A DNA stretch of 29,157 nucleotides from positions 13,541-42,697 of the forward strand of contig JAVYME010000001.1 in assembly GCA_038736825.1 (NCBI GenBank), given 5' to 3'. Shown here one piece after another: positions 5,448 to 13,201 of the stretch. The notes below the pieces were generated by a model. That model had not been told where the DNA came from. It was given only the letters and a program-made list of their open reading frames with translations, and did not search any database. A program made the translations under genes and the position numbers. This stretch comes from Candidatus Iainarchaeum sp. Lineage in GTDB: Archaea; Iainarchaeota; Iainarchaeia; Iainarchaeales; DTGL01. Position 1 is the first letter of the stretch. Every line of letters begins with the position of its first letter.

Positions 5448-8400
5448 ATGGCTTTGGAGGCATTGAAAGAAAAATGGGTTGCTTTTTCTGACTGGCTTGA
5501 GGAAAAAGGCATTCCAGTGCCATTGTTTTTTCTCCTCATACTCCTGCTTGTTGTTGGAATAATATATTTTGCCTTTCCAGAACTCTTTGGCGTGGTGGCT
5601 CCACCCAAGGATGCAAAGCTGACAGTCACAGTTGTAGACAGTGAATCCAATGCATTGAAAGACGCAATAGTTAAAGTAGTTGAAAACAAAGTGCAACTCG
5701 GCGAAGAACAGAAAACCAATTCCGAGGGAAAAACAGAATTCATAATTAAGGGGGGAGCAGGCAAAACAGTGACAGTGATTGCAAAGTATGGCGAAGTGGA
5801 AGGCAGCAAAGATGTAAAACTCTCTGAAACCAGCAACAATCCAAAAATAACCTTGAAAGTCAAACCAGCAATTGCTTCCTTTTCAAAAACCGTAAGGTTC
5901 TTGGACAAAGACGGCAGCATTATCAGAAAAAATGTTTCTTTTAGCGCTTTATGCGAAGGCAACCCTTCATTCTCAAAAACACAATTGCAGACAGGCAGCG
6001 GCGAATACACTCTTTCAGAAATTCCAGGCGATTGCGGCAACCTTAAAATCAGCGTGTCAGAGGTTGGCGGTTCAGTGAATTTCAGTGAAGGACAGTTCAG
6101 GGGCGCAGTCAGTGCAAGCATAGAGCCAGTGAACGTGAAAATAATAGAAGAGGCAAAAAAAGGCACAATAATTGTTTACGTGAAAAAAAAGGACGGAGGC
6201 GATTTTGATTCTTCAAAAAATTGCAGGGTTTCACTTGAAGCAATTGAAGGCGGAGACTATGTGCCATCACAAACCACAGAATCAACTGGTTCTGCGAAAT
6301 TTGAAAATGTGACGCCTGGAACATATTCTGCAAGCGTTTCCTGTTCAGGCTATAAGGCAGTGCCATCCACAGACAAAAAAACACTGGCTCCGGGCGGAAA
6401 AATCTCTTTCGATCTTTACGTTGAAGACGCACAACAGTTTTCAGTGAAATTCCTTGTATACGAAAAAGGAAACAAAAGCAAAAAAGTTGAAGGAATCGCC
6501 CTCGAATTAAAGGATTCAGCCTCAAAATATGTTGGCTCTTGCACCACTGACAAAAGCGGAGTCTGCACAATAATAGTGCCAGAAAACAAGCAATACACTT
6601 TATATGCAAAAAAAGGAACCATTGCAGTAAAGCTTTCAGACAACACCGCAAACAAGGTAAGCCCCAGGGATACAGCATACGAATTCTATTATGATGCAGC
6701 ACTGGAGGAAAACCCGAACATGCTGATTGTCACAGTAAAAGAGGCTGACTCCAAAGCACCAATTGAAGGAGCAAAAATAGAATTGTTTTTTGCAACAGGC
6801 GAACTAATAGGGCAAACAGCAAACATAACCGGTTTTACAGGGGCTGATGGAAAACTGGAATTCGCTTCAGTGCCAGCAGGCTCTTATTTCATTCAAGCTT
6901 CAGTCAGCACCTTCCAGCCAGGAAAAAGCGGAACCTTCACAATAGAAGAAACACAGGAAAAACCAAAAGAAGTATCACTCGAACTAACAATCCCAAAAGG
7001 AAATTTCTCCATTGCAGTGGTAAACTCTTCAAACCAGGCAATGCCAAACGCTTCAATAAAGGCAGTCAACATTGTTGACGGCGCCACAATCAACACAGTG
7101 AAATCCGACAAGGATGGAATGGCCAAAATGTCAATCAGGGCTGACAAAAGACCTTTCTTTATAGTTGAATTGCCAGGCTATCTGCCTTTTGTTACAACAA
7201 TTTTCAGGCCTGTTGCTGGTGTCACAACAGAAATCAAGGCATTGCTTTTAGAGGAAACCTCTGCGCTTTCAGTCAAACTTGAAGGACTTTACAAGGAAAA
7301 CGCTCTGGTAAAGGATTCAGTTGAAAGCGGGCAGGCTTACACTGCAAGGCTTTTGCTTGTAGTGCCAAACAAGGGTTATGCTTCTGCTGGAATCCATTTC
7401 AGGGCTGGAAGCGATGAAGAAGGCAAAACCACCCTGGCAAGCGATGACATTATTGCAGTTGGAGCTGTTGAAAGCGTTGCGCAAAGAATTGTTAGAAGTG
7501 TTTCTTATTCGCCACCCAATGGTGCTGCTTCAGACACTGCAAAACTCGCTGGAGCCAGTGAAGCAGCAAAATGGACTGAAATTGAATGGTTGCTTGGAAA
7601 AAACGGTTTGCCGGAATTCGGAGTGTTCAGTGCAACAGTTGAGGTTTTAATAGATGCAATGGCAACAGAGGGCGATCTTGCAAAAATCTCTTACCGTGGG
7701 TGGGGTGCAAAAACCACTTATGACCGCGACCCAGTTGACAGTGTTTTGGGCACTTCAGCAAACGCCAGCACAAAACAGGGATTGTACGCAAAAGCCTACG
7801 ATGTGGTTTATTCTTTAGGGCAAGCCAATTTATGCCTTGAAGGCTATTGCCGCATTGTTTCAATAGAAGACCTTGCAACCAAATCAAAGGTTTCTGTTTT
7901 CGACAAAGCCTCTCTCAACATTTCTTCAGCTTACAGGTTGAACTTTACAATCAACAAGCAAGCAGCAACTTCAACCAAAAACGCCAAAATCAGCATTTCA
8001 GGCAAAGAAAAAGGCTTAAGGTTTGGAAATTACAGTGTAAAGGATGCATTGGGAGGAACCACTCCCGGAAAAGCATCAGGGTTTTCAATTTCAACAGACA
8101 TTGGCACTCTCGACCAATACAAAACCATTTCAGGCTGGATTGAATTTGAAACAGTGAAAAGCGGTGTAACCAACCTGGTGATTGCAATAGAATCAGAAAA
8201 AGGAATTGAAATGCAGCAATCAATTGCAGTCACTGTCCAGCCAGGCAAAACAATGAAAATAGACTTTGTTCCAAAAGAAATAATTCCCGTGCTGGACAAC
8301 CAGATGGTTTTCAGAGTGTTTGAAGAAACAATAGTGGAAAGCGAGGAAACAGAAGAAGGAGAAAAACCAGTCACTGAAAAAGTACAAGTTGGAGTGCCAG

Positions 8401-11400
8401 AGGCAAGCATTTCAATTCTCTTGGATGGCATTCCAATCGGCGGTGGCTTTACTGACTCAGAGGGAATGTTTCCCTTAAAAATAGAGGCACCAAAAGCAGG
8501 CTCAAAAGTAAAAGTTTCAGCCGCAAAACCCGGATACAAGCCAGTGGAAAGAGAAATACTAATAGATGACAAAATCATAACCGTGATTCCGCCAAAAATC
8601 TCGCTTGACATGATGGCAAACTCTGGCCAGAGCGCAAAAATAAAGTTTTCAATTGAAAACGGAAGCGCAATAACCTTAAAAGTGTCATCTTTAACTCTTG
8701 CAAAAGAAATAGCGCCATACCTGCTCATAAAATCCCCAGAACAGCTTGTGGGAAAAGAAATAGAGGCAGGCAAAACCCTTGAGGCAGAACTCGACGTGGA
8801 ATTAACCAAAGAAGGCATTAACACTGAAAAACCAGTGAATTTGGACAGCAAGCTTTCAATTGAAGTGGAAAGCACTGAATTTTCCAGAAAATGGGTTTCA
8901 GACTTGGGAATTGCGTTCAGAATACTTTTAGGACAGCAAACCGACAACAAGGACTGCCTTTCAATAACCCCGACTGAATGGAAGTTTTCCACTTATGGAG
9001 CAGACAAAAAAATCACCCTTGAAGTAAAAAACAATTGCACTGCAAACAGCAAGCCTGTTTCCCTAAAAGACTTTGAGGTTGCAATTGCTTGGGCTGACGA
9101 AACAATGCCAGGCGAGTTCAGGCTTTCAAGCGATTCTTTCACGGAAGAGGGAAAAACAGACATTGCACTAAGCGACGCCTTTGCAAAAATTTCCAGCACA
9201 ATTCCAGCAGAATTTGAAGGAACCCTTACACTCTCATTCAAGCCCTCGAGTGCAACAAAAAGCGCTGAATCAAACCCAGAAATCTCTTTCAGGGCAAAAC
9301 ATGTTTCAGAAAAAGGAATTGAAAAACTGAAAGCCAGCGTAAAGGTTTCCTTACTGGTTAACAAGCTTGCAGAATGCCTGCAAATAATCAAGGAAAGCGA
9401 AGAAATAGAACTGAAAACCCTCCCATACAATTATGGCTGGGGCATAGTGCAAGACTATTTCGACAAAGACCCTTACGCTGAAACCACGGGAACAGGGCAA
9501 GGACAACAAAACCCGTACTCCAATCCGACAACCCAATACCAGTCGCCATGGGGCACCACTTACGGTTATCCTCCATGGAGCACTCAAACATACCAGTGGC
9601 AGACAAGAGACGGTGAAGCAGAGGAAGGCTCTTTCAAGCTTGAAAACTCTTGCAAGGAAGCAGTGCAGGTAAGCCTTTCCACAAGAGCCGGCCTGGAAAT
9701 AGAGGAAAAAGAATTTGAAATAGCCTCAGGTGCTTCAAAAGATGTTGTTTTCACTCCAACCACCAAAATCGGAAAGTTTGAAATAAAAGTCAGGGCAAAA
9801 CTGAAAAGCGAGTCCGCTTTCTACAAGGAAATCGGTTCAGTGAAAGTAAGGGTTTTAAGGTTTGAAGAAATTTCAGAAAAATGCAAGCCAACAGTTGAAC
9901 CAACATATTTCACTGCAACCTTCCTTGGATGGCAAATGAGCGCTGGCAGAATAATAAACAATTGCGTGGACTTGGGTTACAAGCTGAAACCCCTTACAAG
10001 GGAAAGATTCCACTGCTATAAGCCACCCCAGGGCACAGACATGACTGGCACCTGCCCACTCATAGAAGCAGTGTGGAGCCAGAGCCCGGTAGTGCAAAAA
10101 ATAAACGAAGACCAAAGCATTGAAGTGCTGGAATTCGGTTTAAAATTCAACCCCAACATTACAGAACAAATGCAAATTCCAATGGAAGGCCCGATAGAGA
10201 AAAGAGTTGGAAAACTAAGGATTGTGTTCTCCAATCTTGCAAACTCACTCATTTCACCCGGAATAATCAGCATTCCAATCCTGACACCAGAGGGAAAAGA
10301 AAAATTCATTCCAAGAGAAGTAACCTTTGAAGACCCCTTTGAATGGATTGGCGTTATAGGAATGCTGATAAACAGCGGAGACCCAGACAAACTGCCAGAA
10401 GAATGCATTTTCAACAAAAACTATTTCGTTTTGGAAAGCTGGGGCGCAGAATGGAAAGAATTGAAAGACACTCATTTCACAGAAAACAGGTTTGCCTGGA
10501 AAGAAAAAGTCCCAAAAAGAGAAATGGTTTTGCCCTATGCAATCTCAAACGATGAAGTTTTAGACAAAAAATATTGTGGTTCCACTGACAAAATCCAGTC
10601 AGTAACACCTCCAACCCTTGAAGACAGTGAAAGCGGTCTCAGGCTTTCATTCAACATCACAGAAAACGGCCATCACGTGGTAATGGTTGTGGACAGAAGC
10701 CAGATGGCAACAAAGTGCGCAAAAATAGACAGAACCATCACTCTCACAGTGAAAAGAGCCTTCTATAAAACCGATGCAGCTGAAGTGAAAATGCCAGTGA
10801 AACTTACAGTGTTAAACAAAGGCGTAACAGCATACACTGCTGGATGCGAAAACCAGCCACTTGAAGCAAAACCAAAACCAGACTGGGCTTCAAATACAGC
10901 CTGCACAAGCCTTGAAACAGGACCGGAGGCTTTCACAAAACTTGGCTTTGACAGGATAAAATTCAACTGGCGTGCAGGCGAAATACCTGCAAATGCATGC
11001 GATCCAATAATTGCAGGCACCACCACAGCAAACCCGAAATACATTTTTTGCGATGCAGTGCAGTTCTCGCTCGCATTAAGCAAAAAATTCAATGAAACAA
11101 GAGCACTGGCTGACAAAATCTCGCAACAATTGCAGGAAGACCCCTTAATGTCAAAAACTGTTTCAGTGATAGCGCAGGACAGCGCGCTAGTGAAAGAAAT
11201 CAATAGCACGCCTGGAAAGCTTTACAAGATTTACAAAAAACAGCTTGCAGTGCACGACAATGAAACAGGCAAAGACTATTTGTTGTTCCTTGCAGAAGAC
11301 ACTGTTGACGGCAGTGTTTCCCTGCTTGCACCTCCAAAAAAGGCAAACGCAGTCGGCTGTGACACTGCCAAAATCCAAAGCGATTTAACTGGATGGATTA

Positions 11401-13109
11401 ACGCGCTCTCAACCGCAAACGAACAGTCAACAGCGGCTTCTCTCTCTTCAATTCCGCAAAAGTTTGCTGGAATGCTTTCCGCATGCTATGGAACAGACAT
11501 TGATGGCTCCAACGTGATTGCAATAATTCCAAAAACAATTGACAACAGCATGGCAGCAAACCCTGACACCAAAATACTGTGGGAAGGAATGCAAGGAAAC
11601 ATATTTGAATTCGAGGAAGGCTCAGGCAATTCCTATCTGGGAATTGATGCCTACATAATGACTTTCGAAGAATACAAAAAAATCCACTTGGAATTGTTGG
11701 CGCAATGGACTTCAGCGAAAAGCGCTGGAGAAGAAGATCCCACGCTGGTAGTGCAATTAGGTGGCACTGAATTCAGTGCTCTCTCCTCAGCATGGGTTAA
11801 GTTCTTGAACAACTTGAACAATTCAGGCATATCCTTCCAGATAGGCTTAAGGAACAGGAAAGCCATGAGCGAGGCAAGAGAGGCGTTTGTGAGAGACAAG
11901 GCAGCAAATGCAATCAGTGCAAGCCTTGAAAACCTTGCAGGTTCAAAGGTAACCATGGCAAGGCTGATAAAGGACAATTATTCTGAAACCTTTTTGAAGG
12001 ACTTCACTTCCTATTACAAGGACACTGGGTTCAGTGCAGACCAAATCAAATTCGAACTCTATGACTCGTATTCTGCCGCCAGCGGCTTTGAAGGCGGAGA
12101 CCAGCTATTGCCGGTTTTACCGGATTCAGGCGAATACTATTACAGGATTGAACCAGTGATTGCCCTCAACCTTTCAGGCGACAATTATTCGCTTGTATTG
12201 AAAAAGATTGTGGTGAAAATGGCATTGAACAAAGGGCTTGTGGAATTGAGCAATTCAGAGGGAAAGGTTTACGATTTGAATCCGTTCTTTTATTTGCCTT
12301 TTGATGGCGAAGTCGGGCAAGGGAATACGGCTGCAGACTATGGTGTTGGATTCGCTTCAGATGTTGGCAGCAAAATCTTTTATTCAAACGAATCGCAAAA
12401 CAATTGGTTTGCCGCAGTTCCAAGAATGCCTGGCATAATCACTCTCACTCCCAATTATTCAGACAAATATGACAAAGTGCGATCCGGCTCAGTTCTATCC
12501 ATAAACCGCACAAAAGGCACTTTCAATTACACGCCCTCATACCCGGTTGCAATTAAAGCTGAATGGGATGGCGGCACCAACAACACAATCTTTTACAGGT
12601 TAGCGCCAGCCAGTTATGGAGACATCAGCAAAATGAACGAATTGTTTGTGTGGTGGCAGGGCACAGAGGCAAGATCTGATGCCTTCAAGGAAACAGAGGG
12701 CGATCCGTTTTGCGAGGGCTGGACTGAAAAACAGCGCGCAGCAAAAGTAATGTTCAACAATGTTTCTCCATGGAATTCACTTGCATTCATGCCGGCAAAC
12801 GCGGGCGCTTTCAGGTTTGAATTGTTGTGCGCAAAACAACCCACTACAATTACAGCCCAGCCATTTGAAAGCGAACCTGTTTCCACTGCCAAGACAACCA
12901 CTTCAAGCGGGGGCTCTGTTGCATTGGTTGAGCAAGCTGGAAGGATTGTTGCAATCCAAGACTATATTGACAGAATCCCCAAGGGAGAGATTTGCATAAA
13001 CAAAGGCCGCGGGTTTGCAAGTGGAACTGTTGCCACACTGGATTTGAGTTGGAACACTTATATTCCGGGACTGACAGAAAATTTCATGCCGCCACCGGGA
13101 GGAAGCTGA
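5448..13109 (+). CDS. Giant membrane-anchored surface protein, paralog (2,553 aa).
   Basis: The track ORF is 5445..13109 (TTG). The ATG at 5448 is preceded by GGAG (5437..5440) with a 7-nt spacer. It has an N-terminal TM helix, six beta-sandwich repeats, the conserved R-G-W-G domain and the conserved C-terminal module. Stop TGA 13107..13109. Confidence 0.92.
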   Translation: MALEALKEKWVAFSDWLEEKGIPVPLFFLLILLLVVGIIYFAFPELFGVVAPPKDAKLTVTVVDSESNALKDAIVKVVENKVQLGEEQKTNSEGKTEFIIKGGAGKTVTVIAKYGEVEGSKDVKLSETSNNPKITLKVKPAIASFSKTVRFLDKDGSIIRKNVSFSALCEGNPSFSKTQLQTGSGEYTLSEIPGDCGNLKISVSEVGGSVNFSEGQFRGAVSASIEPVNVKIIEEAKKGTIIVYVKKKDGGDFDSSKNCRVSLEAIEGGDYVPSQTTESTGSAKFENVTPGTYSASVSCSGYKAVPSTDKKTLAPGGKISFDLYVEDAQQFSVKFLVYEKGNKSKKVEGIALELKDSASKYVGSCTTDKSGVCTIIVPENKQYTLYAKKGTIAVKLSDNTANKVSPRDTAYEFYYDAALEENPNMLIVTVKEADSKAPIEGAKIELFFATGELIGQTANITGFTGADGKLEFASVPAGSYFIQASVSTFQPGKSGTFTIEETQEKPKEVSLELTIPKGNFSIAVVNSSNQAMPNASIKAVNIVDGATINTVKSDKDGMAKMSIRADKRPFFIVELPGYLPFVTTIFRPVAGVTTEIKALLLEETSALSVKLEGLYKENALVKDSVESGQAYTARLLLVVPNKGYASAGIHFRAGSDEEGKTTLASDDIIAVGAVESVAQRIVRSVSYSPPNGAASDTAKLAGASEAAKWTEIEWLLGKNGLPEFGVFSATVEVLIDAMATEGDLAKISYRGWGAKTTYDRDPVDSVLGTSANASTKQGLYAKAYDVVYSLGQANLCLEGYCRIVSIEDLATKSKVSVFDKASLNISSAYRLNFTINKQAATSTKNAKISISGKEKGLRFGNYSVKDALGGTTPGKASGFSISTDIGTLDQYKTISGWIEFETVKSGVTNLVIAIESEKGIEMQQSIAVTVQPGKTMKIDFVPKEIIPVLDNQMVFRVFEETIVESEETEEGEKPVTEKVQVGVPEASISILLDGIPIGGGFTDSEGMFPLKIEAPKAGSKVKVSAAKPGYKPVEREILIDDKIITVIPPKISLDMMANSGQSAKIKFSIENGSAITLKVSSLTLAKEIAPYLLIKSPEQLVGKEIEAGKTLEAELDVELTKEGINTEKPVNLDSKLSIEVESTEFSRKWVSDLGIAFRILLGQQTDNKDCLSITPTEWKFSTYGADKKITLEVKNNCTANSKPVSLKDFEVAIAWADETMPGEFRLSSDSFTEEGKTDIALSDAFAKISSTIPAEFEGTLTLSFKPSSATKSAESNPEISFRAKHVSEKGIEKLKASVKVSLLVNKLAECLQIIKESEEIELKTLPYNYGWGIVQDYFDKDPYAETTGTGQGQQNPYSNPTTQYQSPWGTTYGYPPWSTQTYQWQTRDGEAEEGSFKLENSCKEAVQVSLSTRAGLEIEEKEFEIASGASKDVVFTPTTKIGKFEIKVRAKLKSESAFYKEIGSVKVRVLRFEEISEKCKPTVEPTYFTATFLGWQMSAGRIINNCVDLGYKLKPLTRERFHCYKPPQGTDMTGTCPLIEAVWSQSPVVQKINEDQSIEVLEFGLKFNPNITEQMQIPMEGPIEKRVGKLRIVFSNLANSLISPGIISIPILTPEGKEKFIPREVTFEDPFEWIGVIGMLINSGDPDKLPEECIFNKNYFVLESWGAEWKELKDTHFTENRFAWKEKVPKREMVLPYAISNDEVLDKKYCGSTDKIQSVTPPTLEDSESGLRLSFNITENGHHVVMVVDRSQMATKCAKIDRTITLTVKRAFYKTDAAEVKMPVKLTVLNKGVTAYTAGCENQPLEAKPKPDWASNTACTSLETGPEAFTKLGFDRIKFNWRAGEIPANACDPIIAGTTTANPKYIFCDAVQFSLALSKKFNETRALADKISQQLQEDPLMSKTVSVIAQDSALVKEINSTPGKLYKIYKKQLAVHDNETGKDYLLFLAEDTVDGSVSLLAPPKKANAVGCDTAKIQSDLTGWINALSTANEQSTAASLSSIPQKFAGMLSACYGTDIDGSNVIAIIPKTIDNSMAANPDTKILWEGMQGNIFEFEEGSGNSYLGIDAYIMTFEEYKKIHLELLAQWTSAKSAGEEDPTLVVQLGGTEFSALSSAWVKFLNNLNNSGISFQIGLRNRKAMSEAREAFVRDKAANAISASLENLAGSKVTMARLIKDNYSETFLKDFTSYYKDTGFSADQIKFELYDSYSAASGFEGGDQLLPVLPDSGEYYYRIEPVIALNLSGDNYSLVLKKIVVKMALNKGLVELSNSEGKVYDLNPFFYLPFDGEVGQGNTAADYGVGFASDVGSKIFYSNESQNNWFAAVPRMPGIITLTPNYSDKYDKVRSGSVLSINRTKGTFNYTPSYPVAIKAEWDGGTNNTIFYRLAPASYGDISKMNELFVWWQGTEARSDAFKETEGDPFCEGWTEKQRAAKVMFNNVSPWNSLAFMPANAGAFRFELLCAKQPTTITAQPFESEPVSTAKTTTSSGGSVALVEQAGRIVAIQDYIDRIPKGEICINKGRGFASGTVATLDLSWNTYIPGLTENFMPPPGGS
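5517..5576 (+). other. N-terminal TM anchor or signal-anchor of the 5448 giant.
   Basis: V-P-L-F-F-L-L-I-L-L-L-V-V-G-I-I-Y-F-A-F follows a ~24-aa charged tail ending K-G-I-P. Confidence 0.75.
5613..7244 (+). repeat. Six tandem ~85-90-aa beta-sandwich repeats (carboxypeptidase-regulatory-like / PEGA-like) at protein level.
   Basis: Each unit has the pattern [LIV]-x-[LIV]-x-V-x-D/K...G-x-P-[LIV]-x-G-A-x-[LIV]...T-[DN]-x-x-G-x-x-x-F...G-x-Y-x-[LIV]...G-[YF]. One example is NMLIVTVKEADSKAPIEGAKIELF...TGADGKLEFASVPAGSYFIQAS. This was assigned by eye, without an HMM. Confidence 0.65.
7389..7874 (+). other. Conserved ~160-aa domain of unknown function (copy in the 5448 giant).
   Basis: G-I-H-F-R-A-G ... 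K-W-T-E-I-E-W ... Y-R-G-W-G ... D-P-V-D-S-V-L-G ... G-L-Y-A-K-A-Y ... C-L-E-G-Y-C. Confidence 0.7.
9426..9614 (+). repeat. Low-complexity Q/Y/P/W/T/G-rich linker (63 aa) in the 5448 giant.
   Basis: The translation is YNYGWGIVQDYFDKDPYAETTGTGQGQQNPYSNPTTQYQSPWGTTYGYPPWSTQTYQWQTRDG. I saw no counterpart in the other paralogs. Confidence 0.8.
10959..13106 (+). other. Conserved C-terminal module (copy in the 5448 giant, ~715 aa).
   Basis: K-F-N-W-R-A-G (10959), C-D-A-V-Q-F-S (11049), P-F-F-Y-L-P-F-D-G (12282..12308), and the terminal I-V-A-I-Q-D-Y-I-D-R-I-P-K-G-E-I-C-I. Confidence 0.7.
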
Positions 13110-13188
13110 AACTAAAAGTTTAAAAAAAAGAATAATAATAAGAGATTAATTAAGGAAAGTTAATTAATAAATATGGATGGATTGTTGC
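13110..13188 (+). promoter_or_regulatory. AT-rich intergenic region, possible internal promoter.
   Basis: Contains aaagtttaaaaaaaag (~13115..13130) and two copies of the palindrome TTAATTAA (13146..13153 and 13160..13167), both TATA-box-like. Confidence 0.3.
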
Positions 13189-13193
13189 GGTGA
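13189..13193 (+). promoter_or_regulatory. Shine-Dalgarno-like GGTGA for ATG 13202.
   Basis: GGTGA with an 8-nt spacer to the ATG. It overlaps the GTG (13190) that the ORF track used as the start. Confidence 0.55.
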
Positions 13194-13201
13194 ACCAGTC
13201 A

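Noticed and set aside
5118-5696. A minus-strand 192-aa ORF spanning the 5276..5447 intergenic region, which could have been a divergent small gene.
   Set aside because: It overlaps the 3' end of gene 2 and the 5' end of gene 3. It has junk-like composition (F/Y/N/C/Q-rich) and no SD-like site or start context that I could see. The AT-rich spacer simply lacks stops in that frame.
6183-6190. Multiple A7-A8 homopolymer tracts inside the giant ORFs (for example 6183..6190, 26559..26566, ~1110..1117, ~6155..6161 and ~6375..6381), considered as phase-variation switches.
   Set aside because: They are the trivial consequence of AAA Lys codons in an A-rich coding strand. The lengths are at the low end for slipped-strand switching, and they show no positional conservation near the 5' ends. 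Read-level polymorphism data would be needed to revive the idea.
13109-13121. A small hairpin AAACT-aaa-AGTTT right after the stop of the 5448 gene, considered as a terminator.
   Set aside because: It is only 5 AT-rich base pairs with a 3-nt loop, which is not distinguishable from chance in this AT-rich spacer.
13146-13167. Two copies of the palindrome TTAATTAA 14 bp apart, considered as a transcription-factor operator.
   Set aside because: The evidence is plausible but weak. These are 8-mers of pure A/T in an ~80% AT spacer, and no similar pair occurs in the other two promoter-like gaps. I kept them only as part of the promoter-region annotation.
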